Source: Camelus ferus (Eukaryota). Taken from it: 64,000 nucleotides of DNA. The notes below the pieces were generated by a model, which worked only from the letters and a program-made list of their open reading frames with translations, did no database searches and was not told where the DNA came from. This document shows positions 14,301 to 24,775 of this stretch, piece after piece. The first letter of the stretch is position 1. Each line of letters begins with the position of its first letter. The translations under genes and the position numbers were made by a program. The stretch spans positions 59,894,001 to 59,958,000 of the forward strand of contig NC_045707.1 of assembly GCF_009834535.1 (NCBI RefSeq), given 5' to 3'.

Positions 14301-14636
14301 CACATGAGGCTCTTCCCCTTCAAAACGGAATCTCTTCAAAAAGGCAGCAAACTAATCCAAGATGCAATCACTAGGAAAACACTGGCATGCCACATTCCCC
14401 ATCACACACCATCTCTAAACTTCATCAACTCCAAGGAATGATTAAAAAATCCATTGATTGAATGGAAAAAATTAATTCTGTAATTTACTCCCAGGACTTT
14501 CCAAATCAGCATATCGTTTTTCAAGGCTGACTTCACCACAGCAAAGTATTCATCCAGGAATGTTAACTCCAACTGCTATCTTTTTTCTTCTTCACACTTT
14601 TCCATTTTAATAAATAATGACACAGTTCCTGTAAAC
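14301..14636 (-). other. NAV3: Putative 5' UTR part of the same exon (5' boundary uncertain)
   Basis: Repeat-free sequence upstream of the ATG. Candidate acceptors: ttattttttttaatcacAG| (exon start 14636) and gtgttttcctAG| (exon start 14370). The exon could instead begin at a TSS. Confidence 0.5.
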
Positions 14637-15009
14637 CTGTGATTAAAAAAAATAAGCACACAATTAATTCTCTCCCACTATGTATAGTACAAATAATGAA
14701 AAATTCTTATCTGAAATGTCCAATTAGGAAAAAAATTGTAGGCATGGATTACAATTCACATAAAAGTAATAGCAAGTGAAAAGCATTATTCTTTATCCCT
14801 ATTGCCTTAAAATACCAATTATAATACCTGAACCCAAAAAGAATATTAAAACCAGGGATTCACAACACGTTGAAGCTAAAATACACACCCACTCACCAAA
14901 TGTCTTTCTGCTCCATGGTTCCACAAATTAATCTCAGCACTCAGAGAGCTACAGAATTTGGAAAAGACCCCAAGATAACTCAATACTAGGCTAGAGTGAC
15001 ACTTTGCAT

Positions 15010-15170
15010 ACATAATTTTATTTAAACTTCAAGATGAATCTACAAGATGGTTATTATTACTCCAATTTAACATGAAGAGATTGAGAGAGTAAGTAAATTT
15101 CTGTAAGTCTAGTAAATAAACATAACATGACTAGAATTTGAATTCAGATACCTTTGAGTCCAAAACCCAT
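15010..15170 (-). mobile_element. MIR SINE
   Basis: 'attattactccaatttaacatgaagagattgag...ctagaatttgaattcag...gagtccaaaaccc'. Confidence 0.65.
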
Positions 15171-15289
15171 TCTTTGTCCCAGAAATAGTTGTTTCAATTC
15201 ATATCCCATACTCTGTCCACAAGGACACCATAAATGAGTTTATCAAGTGCCTTGTGGAGTATGAATACACAAGGCACTCTCCTTATAAT

Positions 15290-15625
15290 CCAGTGGTTTC
15301 TAAACCCAGCTGGAAAATTGAATCACCTGGGAATAATCTTAATCATATAGATTCCTGGGGTCCACCCAACCCTGCTAATTCGGAAGCCACAGGGTAGTGC
15401 TTCGAAATTTGTTTTGGTTTTTGTTGTTGTTTTTCCATCTTTTCTAACTACTCCTGATGCAGATAAAGTACTAAAGAGTTGAAACCTCCCTCTGATGCAA
15501 GACGCTTCCCAGACTTGTCTGCATTTTGGAATCACCAGGGAAGCTTCAAAAACTACTAATTCTTGTCTCTTATCCCCAGAGACCATGGCTTAATTAGCCT
15601 GGGATGTGGCCTGAGTCTTGGAACC
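15290..15625. mobile_element. Two adjacent MER5A-like DNA transposon copies
   Basis: 'cagtggtttctaaacc...gaatcacctggg' at about 15290-15485, and 'ttggaatcaccagggaagcttcaaaaa...ctgggatgtggcctg' at about 15500-15625. Confidence 0.7.
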
Positions 15626-15689
15626 TCTGCTCTAATATATAAATTCCCTTTACATAATTGTAAATACATAATACATCAAACAAGAGGAA

Positions 15690-15950
15690 ACCGTGTCTCA
15701 GGAGGCAGCTCTTTCCATATTGAGGCAGTTCCAGTCTTTAGATAGCTCTTCCTAATTTGGAGATGAAGTCTTCATTCCTGAATGTTTCTGTACATCTGTA
15801 ATTATTTATATCCTCGTAGGCATCAATGTACACAAAATCCTTTTTAATTTCCCGTTTTATGTGACAGTTCTTCAAGTATCACCCTAGCAAGGTTAACCAC
15901 CCCTTGTGCCTTCAACAATTCCTCATCACCCTGGTTTTACTTCTGACATA
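15690..15950 (-). mobile_element. L3/CR1 LINE remnant
   Basis: 'ggcagctctttccatattgaggcagttc...ctcttcctaatttggag' resembles reverse L3. Confidence 0.4.
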
Positions 15951-16679
15951 ACCCATAAACTATCCAGAAAGGAACACAAGGGCTAAGCCTGGCACGCTCC
16001 CTTTAGGAATTCACCTCCAGGTCCCACAACACATGCCAGGCTGAGCATAAACTAAATGATGAAGTAGACAGATAAGGTTTGAAAAATCAGCTCCTGAACC
16101 TTTTCCCGCCTAGTCATTCTTTTGCCAACCCCTGCTCCTTCCACAGCCCCACTGCTCTGCCCCATACATATTTTTACTGTAGACTCTGTACATAGTTTGA
16201 GTATTATGTGAATGTTACCAGCAAAGGAAACTGTATGGGCAAAGGCTTGGACATGAAAACAAACATAGCCAATCAAAGTTCAAAGCAATTCAGTGAGAAG
16301 TTACTAATTTTTTTAAGAAGGAATGTAACATTAAAGAATTTGTGATTTTAAAAGTGCATCTTAATTGTAATATGGAAAATGGAAGAGAACCGAACTTGCG
16401 GCAGTGAAATCTCACAGGGATCCCAAGAGCAATCAAAGAGACAACTGCATTCATTCTGAACTAGCGTAGGAGCTGCCAGGTTGGAAAACGTGATGAACCT
16501 GGGTGATATGGTATTTAAAAGGTGGAGCTGATGGAATTGGTAATTGATTGCACATGAGTGTGGATGTGTGGTTTAAGGGTGCATGAGCATATGGATGATG
16601 ACACCATTACCTAAGAAAGCAAATTCCACAAGAGAAGCACTAGACATGAGGAAGATACAAGAGTTTATAAAGTAAACCC

Positions 16680-18105
16680 AGGACACTTCCTAAAAATCAA
16701 GAAAATCACCAGCCAATCTCACTGATGGATGTAGAAGTGAAAATCTTAAAGGAACTTTAGCAAACTGAACTCAGAGTGTATAAAAAGAAACATCAATTCC
16801 AGGTTGGTATTATCCTAGGAATAAAAGACTGGTTTAAGATTTGAAAATCAATCAGTATACTACAACACATTAACAAATCAGAAAGAAAAATGATTGACTC
16901 TCTATTGGTGCAGAAATATAATTTGGCAAACTGAACACTGATTTATAAGCGCACACACACACACACACAAACTCTTGGCAAATGAAGACTAAAAAGGGAC
17001 TTTCACAATCTTCCTTTATCTGATAAAAATGTATTCACAAAATATCTACAGCAAACATCATACTGATGAGTGAAAAGTTAAAGACTTTCCACTTGTTCAG
17101 GAACAGTACATAAATACCTGCAAACATGACTTCTATTCAATATTGTATTTAAAGTCCTACCCATGCAGTGAGACAAGAAAACATGTCAAATATAACATTC
17201 CTTTAAGTTTTTTATAACAGCAACAAATACTCAAAGAATGGAACTTTAAATAGATACGTTTTACAGCGTCACTAAAAATATCAAATATCTTGGAATGAAT
17301 CTCAGATGGTAAAAACTTTATGACAAAGCAATAAAAATATCAAAAAATAAAGATCTAAACGAATAGTGGGCTATTGCCATATTAATAAACTAAGATGCAG
17401 TCCTGTAGAAATGCCAATCCAAGCCTAACAGATTCAGTGCATTACTAATCAAGATCCCCAAGTTTTCTTTTTTTATAACTTGAGAAGATGCTCCCAAAAT
17501 ATATATGAAAATGCAAAGACCAAGAAAAGTCAAGACACTCCTGAAGAACAAGTTGCGAGTATTTGGTTTACCAGATGTTAAGGCATATTATCAACCAAAA
17601 GTAAATGAAATGGTATGTAAATGACACAAGAGAAAACAAGTCAACCAATGGAACACAAAAGCCCAGAGAAGGACTCAACACATATGGTCACTTAATTGGT
17701 TACAAGGGTGGGACTGCAAAGCCATGGGGAAACAATCTTCTCAATAAAGAGTTCTGGGTCAATTGGATATTCATATGGAAAAAAAATAACACGATCTAGA
17801 CTTCACACCAATAATCAATTCCAGATGGATTTTTAGACAAAACAATAAGGCTTCTTGGAGAATACTGTCATGGTCTAGGGGAAGGGAAAGATTTCTTAAA
17901 TAAGAGACTAAAATCACTACACATAAATAAAAACTGATTAACTAAGATTACATTAAAATCAAAAACTTTTATTCATCAGATTATACCAATCAGAAAATAT
18001 AAATACAATACATAGAGTAGGAAGATGTACTTGCTATACATAAAATCACACGTAAAAACATCCAAAAATCAAGAAAAGTAAAAAATATTTGAATAGGTGC
18101 TCCAA
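16680..18105 (+). mobile_element. Ancient L1 (L1ME-like) ORF2 remnant, left part; resumes at 24019
   Basis: Decayed RT-region sequence ('gaaaatcaccagccaatctcactgatgg...aaaatcaatcagt', KENYRPISLM-like), collinear with L1 ORF2. Confidence 0.8.
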
Positions 18106-18109
18106 AAAT

Positions 18110-18489
18110 AATAATAGAAATGGAGAGCAGATTCGTGGCTGCTACAGGTTAGGGATCTGGAGAGAAGGCAAGGGTGCCTAAAAGGCAAAGTACAAGGAAG
18201 TCTTTCAGTAAGAGAACAATGTTGAATCTAGATTGCAGAAGTGGTTTTACGAACCCATACGTGTGATAAAACTGCACAGAACAATACACACACGCACACA
18301 AATGAGTGTATACAAAACTAGTAAAACATGAATAAAACTCTGTGGATTGTACCGATGCCAACTTCCAGGTTTTGACATTGTACTACAGTTAGGCAAGACG
18401 TTCCCACTGGAGGAAACCAGATCAAGGTAGGCAGGACCTCCCTATACTTTTTTACGCCGCTTCCTGTGAATCTAAAATTATTTTAAAAT
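18110..18489 (+). mobile_element. L1MC/L1MD-type 3' end fragment
   Basis: 'gtgtgataaaactgcacagaac...gtggattgtaccgatgccaacttcc...cttcctgtgaatctaaaattattttaaaataaaa' matches the recalled 3' UTR. Confidence 0.8.
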
Positions 18490-18499
18490 AAAACTGAGA

Positions 18500-19810
18500 G
18501 GGGAGAAGCAAGATGGCGGAGTAGAAGGACGCTCATAGCTCACCCTTTCCCACAAATACACCAGAACTCACATCTATGGACCCACTCAGCAAACCAGAGC
18601 ACCTGAGGAACTCCGACAGAACATCGCCCTCTTCGAAAGACAAAGACGCCAAAAGTCTGGTAGGAGAAAAGGAAAAAAAAAAAAAAAGAAGAAGAAAATG
18701 CAAAACAGTGTGGGACTGGTCCGTGAGGAGGGAGTGGCAAAGGAGGACTGGCGCTTTTTTGCTGAACTTTCCCCTCTCCAACGGAGAGGCCAGCAGGACG
18801 GAGGGGGAGACTCTGAGGCTCAGATCTGCCTGGAGCACCCCTTGACCGACAGAACTAAGTTAAAATGGGCACAAAAGGTCCCCGTGACACCCAGCTCGTG
18901 ACGTGAGCCGGCAGCTGGGGCCGGGACAGGCCGCCTGAGCTGCGTGGAGGACCGGGGCCCGCTGCACTGAGGCAGCCCCAGGGGACTGCAGGGTGCTGCG
19001 TGCTGTGGCTGGGAGGGGATACGAAGCAGAACAACCTCGGTTCCCCATAAATTGCGAAAAAAGCAAGGCAACACGGCCGGTGTGCCCTGGGGGGAGGGGC
19101 ACCATAGCCTTTGTCTCCTCAGACCCGCGGCGCCATTACTGGCACTTCTCGCGAGAAGAGAGGCAGGGTACAGCCACAGCCTCGGTCTCCTTCTGTGCGC
19201 AACGCCTGGGCGGGGGCGGAGCCGAGACGTGAATCCGCAGCAGGGGGCTCCGCAAACTCCTAGGCAGGACTGAGACTTGTTAACAGCCCCAGGCAGGATC
19301 TTTCTGCCCTGGCACCTCAGAGAACTCGCGCCACCAAGACAAACAAGGAGCTGAGTTTTGGAACGGAGTAGGGATGGAGCAGTTCCGCGGTCTTCCCCAA
19401 GCCCGCCTACGGAGCGCCAACCTGAGGCAGAGCGGGCAGCCGCACAGAACAGTGGAGCGACCGGCGCCGGGAGAGGGAGGGCAGCCACCCCACTTCCTGA
19501 CAGAAATGCAGCACCTGACCACAGTGCTGGGAGGGGGCACGATCCACCCGCCTGCCTCCCCCCAGCACAGCATCTCACTGCAGCTTCGGCAGGGGGCGTG
19601 ACCTGCTTGCCCACCACGAAGGAGAGCAGCACCTGACCCAGTGTTGGGAGGAAGTGCGACCTTCTTGCTGACAGGCACTGAGAGCAGCACAGATGAGGGC
19701 ACCAACAGAGGGCCTCTGGAAACAGCAAGCTGAGTTTGCGGAACAGGGCAAAGACAGAACGCCCTCTCAATAAAACCATTAAGAGCGCACAGTCTCCAAG
19801 AGAACACATC
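18500..19810 (+). promoter_or_regulatory. L1 5' UTR internal promoter / CpG-rich island
   Basis: The only extended GC- and CpG-rich stretch in the window. YY1-like caagatggcg at about 18509; GC boxes gggcgggggcgg at about 19208-19219. Confidence 0.75.
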
Positions 19811-19830
19811 TTTTTCTATATGTTTTATTT

Positions 19831-20475
19831 TCTATTATCTTTTTAATCTTTACTTTTTAAACAGTTGTATATGTTTACAGTTTTAATCCCTTTTAAATGT
19901 TTCTTTTAAAGTCTTATTATTATTTTTAAAAATCCACCTTTCATTTTTAATTATTTTGGTTTTGATCTATTATTGATTATTCACAGGTTTCAAATATTGT
20001 TTTTTGATTTTTCCTCCTTTTTATTAAGGTTTTTATAAGATGTCTCAAGGCGATTGCTACTCTGCTTCAACTTGCTCTTCTATTATTGATTATACACTGT
20101 TTTCAAACCTTTTTTCTCCCTTCTTTTAAAATTCATCTTTTGTTAAAATCTGTTCTACTTTCTATTACCTTTTAAAAATTTACTTTTTAAACAGTTGTAT
20201 ATATCTCCAGTTTTAATCCCTTTAAAATTTTTCTTTTAAAATATTTTTATTTTTACTATTTTTAAAAATCCATCTCATTTCATTTTTATTTCTCTTGGTT
20301 TTGATCTCCTGTTATTGATTATACACAGGTCTCAAATACTGTTTTCTGATCTTTTCTCCTTTTTTTAAGGTTTTTTAAAAGACGTCTCAATTCAATTGCT
20401 ATTCTGCTTCAACTTGCTCTTCTATTATGGATTATACACTGTTTTCAAACCTTTTTACTCCTTTCTTTTAAAATT
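19831..20475 (+). repeat. Two diverged tandem copies of a 330-bp AT-rich unit in the L1 5' UTR
   Basis: 'tactttttaaacagttgtatat' recurs at 19851 and 20181; 'tctgcttcaacttgctcttctattat' recurs at about 20061 and 20403. Confidence 0.9.
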
Positions 20476-20590
20476 TTCTCTCTTTTTTTTTTTTAAGTTT
20501 TATTCCTACATAGGCTTTAGATAGATAAATAAACTCCTTAAGGACCACAATAGATAACTGATACTCCTTAAGCCACAGTGCCAGAGAGAT

Positions 20591-21480
20591 ATGAGCAATA
20601 TGAAGACACAGAGGAACCACTTCCCAATTAAAAGATCAAGAGAAATCCCCTGAAAGCACGATCAATGAAATAGACATCGATAGCCTACTAAATCAAGATT
20701 TCAAAAAAGGAGTGATCAAAGTATTGAAGGAACTTAAAGAGATAGTGTTAGGGATATAAAATATGTCAAAAATGAAATCGAAGCTATAAAGAAGAGCCAA
20801 GTAGAACTGGTAAACTCAATGGCTGAGATAAGAACGGGTCTAAAGGCTGTGCAAAGCAGACTAGATAATGCAGAGGAACGAATTAGTGACCTAGAAGACA
20901 GGACAACAGAAAGCACCCAATCAGAACAACTGCAAGATAAACAAATAAAAACAAGTGAAAGCAACAAGGGACCTATGGGATAATATAAAGTATGACGATC
21001 TTCACATAATAGGGGTCCCAGAAGGGGAAGAAAGATCAAAGGGGATTGAAAAGGTATTGGAAGAAATCATGACTGAAAACTTCCCAAACTTAAAGAAGGA
21101 ATCAGATATCCAAGTACAGGAAGTTCAGAGGGTCCCAAACAGGAAGAACCCAAACCAAGACATATCACAATCAAGAAGGCCAGAGTCAAGGATAAAGAAA
21201 TGATCCCAACAGCAGCAAGAGAAAAGCAAAGAGTAAGTTACAAGGGAACCCCCATAAGGCTCTCAGCTGATTTCTCTACACAAACACTACAGGCCAGAAG
21301 GGAGTGGCAAGATATATTCAAAGTCCTGAATGAAAAAAATATGCAGCCTAGGATACTTTATCCAGGAAGGATATCCTTTAGGATAGAAGGAGACATAAAA
21401 ATTTCACAGACAAGAAAAAACTACAAGAGTTTAGCAACACTAAACCCATGCTAAAAGAAATACTGAAAGGTCTACTCTAA
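20591..21480 (+). pseudogene. L1 ORF1p, frameshifted
   Basis: Fragments such as LHIIGVPEGEE, EEIMTENFPNL and GTPIRLSADFSTQTLQARREWQDIFKVL lie in different frames; ends ...KGLL* at 21480. Confidence 0.9.
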
Positions 21481-21614
21481 ATAGAAAAGCAGCAGGATGC
21501 TACAGAAATGAGAAACTCATAACTGGAAAGGTGATAACTCATGACTTACAAATAAAATTAACACGAAATTGTAAAAGAAGACATCTAAATCATTAAGAGT
21601 GGGAGAGGGAAGCA

Positions 21615-23680
21615 ATCAATAAGAGAAAGGACAAAAAACACATGATCATCTCAATAGACGCAGAAAAAGCTTTTGATAAAATTCAACACCCATTTATGAT
21701 AAAAACTCTCACCAAAGTGGTATAGAGGGAACATATCTCAACATAATAAAAGCTATATATGAGAAACCTACAGCCAGCATAGCACTCAACAGTGAAAAAC
21801 TCAAAAGCTTCCCACTAAAATCTGGGACAAGACAAGGATGCCCACTATCACCACTCCTATTCAACATAGTCTTGGAAGTCCTAGCCACAGTGATCAGGCA
21901 AGAGGGAGAAATCAAAGGGATCCAAATTGGAAAAGAAGAGGTAAAAGTGTCACTATATGCAGATGACATGATACTATATACAGAAAACCCTAAAAGGTCC
22001 ACAAAAAAACTACTAGAAATAATTGAAGAATTCAGCAAGGTAGCAGTTTACAAGATTAACGTTCAAAAATCAGTTGCATTTCTTTACATTAATGATGAAT
22101 CAACAGAAAAAGAAAGTAAAGAAACAATCCCCTTTAAAATAGCACCCAAAGTAATAAAATACCTAGGAGTAAATCTAACCAAGGAAGTGAAAGACTTATA
22201 CACAGAAAACTATAAAACACTGATGAAGGAAATTAAAGAAGACTTAAAAAAATGGAAAGATATCCCATGCTCCTGGATTGGAAGAATCAATATTGTTAAA
22301 ATGGTCATACTGCCCAAGGCAATCTACAGATTTAATGCAATCCCTATCAAATAACCCAGGACATATTTCACAGAACTAGAAAAAAATCATAGTAAAATTT
22401 ATATGTAACCACAAAAGACCTAGAATTACCAAAGCATTACTGAAGAAAAAGAAAGAGGCTGGAGGAATAACTCTCCCAGACTTCAGACAATACTATAGAG
22501 CTACAGTAATCAAGACAGCATGGTATTGGTACAAAAACAGACATATGGACCAATGGAACAGAATAGAGAGCTCAGAAATGAACCCACAAACTTTTGGTCA
22601 ACTAATCTTCGACCAAGGAGGCAAGAATATACAATGGAATAAAGACAGTCTCTTCAGCAAATGGTGTTGGGAAAACTGGACAGCAGCACTGTTAATCAGT
22701 GAAGCTTGAACACTCCCTTACACCATACACAAAAATCAACTCAAAATGGATCAAAGACTTAAACATAAGACAAGATACAGTAAACCTCCTAGAGGAAAAT
22801 ATAGGCAAAACATTATCTGACATACATCTCAAAAATTTTCTCCTAGAACAGTCTACTCGAGCAATAGAAATAAAAGCAAGAATAAACAAATGGGACCTAA
22901 TGAAACTTACAAGCTTCTGCACAGCAAAGGAAACCAGAAGTAAAACAAGAAGACAACCTATGGAATGGGAAAAAATTTTTGCAAATGAAACTGACAAAGG
23001 CTTGATCTCCAGAATATATAAGCAGCTCACACGATTTAATAAGAAAAAAAAAAAACAACCCAATCCAAAAATGGGCAGAAGACCTAACCAAGCAATTCTC
23101 CAAGGAAGACATACAAATGATCAATAGGCACATGAAAAAATGCTCAATATCACTAATTATCAGAGAAATGCAAAGCAAAGCTATGATAAGGTATCACCTC
23201 ACACCAGTCAGAATGGCCATGATTCAAAAGTCCACAAATGACAAATGCTGGAGAGGCTGTGGAGAAAAGGGAACCCTCCTACACTGCTGATGGGAATGCA
23301 GTTTGGTGCAGCCGCTGTGGAAAACAGTATGGAGATTCCTCAAAAGACTAGGAATAGACTTACCATATGACCCAGGAACCCCGCTCCTGGGCATATATCC
23401 AGAAGGGACCCTACTTCAAAATGACACCTGCACCCCAATGTTCATGGCAGCACTATTTACAATAGCCAAGACATGGAAACAGCCTAAATGTCCATCAACA
23501 GATGACTGGATAAAGAAGAGATGGTATATTTATACAATGGAATACTATTCAGCCATAAAAACCGACAACGTAATGCCATTTGCAGCAACATGGATGTTAC
23601 TGGAGAATGTCATTCTAAGTGAAGTAAGCCAGAAAGAGAAAGAAAAATACCGTGTGAGATCGCTCATATGCGGAATCTAA
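21615..23680 (+). pseudogene. L1 ORF2p C-terminal half (part of RT plus C-terminal domain), with stops and frameshifts
   Basis: Starts [26 protein letters not shown]; contains RQGCPLSP and [10 protein letters not shown]; premature TAA at 22352-22354; ends ...SLICGI* at 23680. Confidence 0.92.
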
Positions 23681-24018
23681 AAAAATAACAAAAAACAAAA
23701 ATACAAAACAGAAAGAGACTCGTAGACATAGAATACAAACTTGTGGTTGCCAGGGGGACGAGGGGGACGGTGGGTGGGAAGGGACTGGAATTTCAAAATG
23801 TAGACTAGATAAACGAGATTGTACTGTGTAGCACAGGGAAATATATACAGGATCTTGGGGTGGCTCACAGCGAAAGAGAATGTGACAATGAATGTATGTA
23901 TGTTCACTGTATAACTGAAAATTTGTGCTCTATAATGGAATTTGACACAACATTGTAAAATGACTATAACTCAATTTAAAAAAAGTTTATATATGAAAAA
24001 ACAAACAAAAAACTGAGA

Positions 24019-24775
24019 AAAAAAAGAGGATGTACCAATGGCCAATTACATAAAAAGTGAACAACCTCATTAGTAATCAGAAAAATGCTAATGTAAACCA
24101 AGATGAGATAACCTTTCATCTACCTAAGTGGGTCAAAAACAAAAACTGACAATACTAACTGTTGGCAAAGACATGGAAGAGCAAGAACTGCTGGCCAAAG
24201 TATATATGGGTACAAGTATTTTGCAAAGAAAAATTGGTTATTTCCTACTACATTTGAAGAGACACATACTATATGACCCAGAAATAATACTCTTAGACAT
24301 GTACTCTTAAAAAAAATATGCATATGGACATGAAGAAACAGGTACAAGAAAGTTCCTTCAGAATGCCCCCCCCCAAAAAAAACTGGAAACAACACATTTG
24401 TATAGAGAAATAACCTGTGGTATACTTATATGAGAGATAACTATCCATTAAAGTGAACTATAGATACACATGTCAACATGGATGAACCTAAAAAATATTA
24501 AGAATTTTTAAAAGTTCAAACCAAAAGAATATATACCATATGATTTTGTTTACATAAAGTTTAAAATCTTGTAAAACTCAACTCTGGTTATTAGAAGTCA
24601 GGATAGTAGTTACCTTTGGTGAGGGGAAGGAAGGGGTTTCGTCTGGAGTTTGGAATGCTGTATCATTATTCCACTTTTTGACTTTTTAACAATTCATTGA
24701 ACTATAAATTTACATGCTGTACAGTTTTCTTGATGTCTAATATGCTTTATAATAAAAAAAATTTAGCTAAGAAAA
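24019..24775 (+). mobile_element. Ancient L1 (L1ME-like), right part including its 3' end
   Basis: 'aaagaggatgtaccaatggccaat...cattagtaatcagaaaaatgc' continues the ORF2 sequence interrupted at about 18105; 3' UTR 'ggatagtagttacctttgg'. Confidence 0.8.

Larger units (their letters stand above)
18500..24008 (+). mobile_element. Young lineage-specific L1 with intact 5' and 3' ends and an internal deletion
   Basis: Begins ggggagaagcaagatggcgg (YY1-type motif), followed by a CpG-rich 5' UTR, ORF1, partial ORF2, G-rich 3' UTR and A-rich tail. TSD aaaactgaga at 18490-18499 and 24009-24018, preceded by tttt/aaaa. Confidence 0.95.

Noticed and set aside
21709..23178. Hydrophobic minus-strand ORFs resembling membrane proteins
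   Set aside because: These are the usual antisense shadows of A-rich L1 ORF2.
23751..23790. G-quadruplex motif in the L1 3' UTR
   Set aside because: A standard feature of mammalian L1 3' UTRs; not novel.
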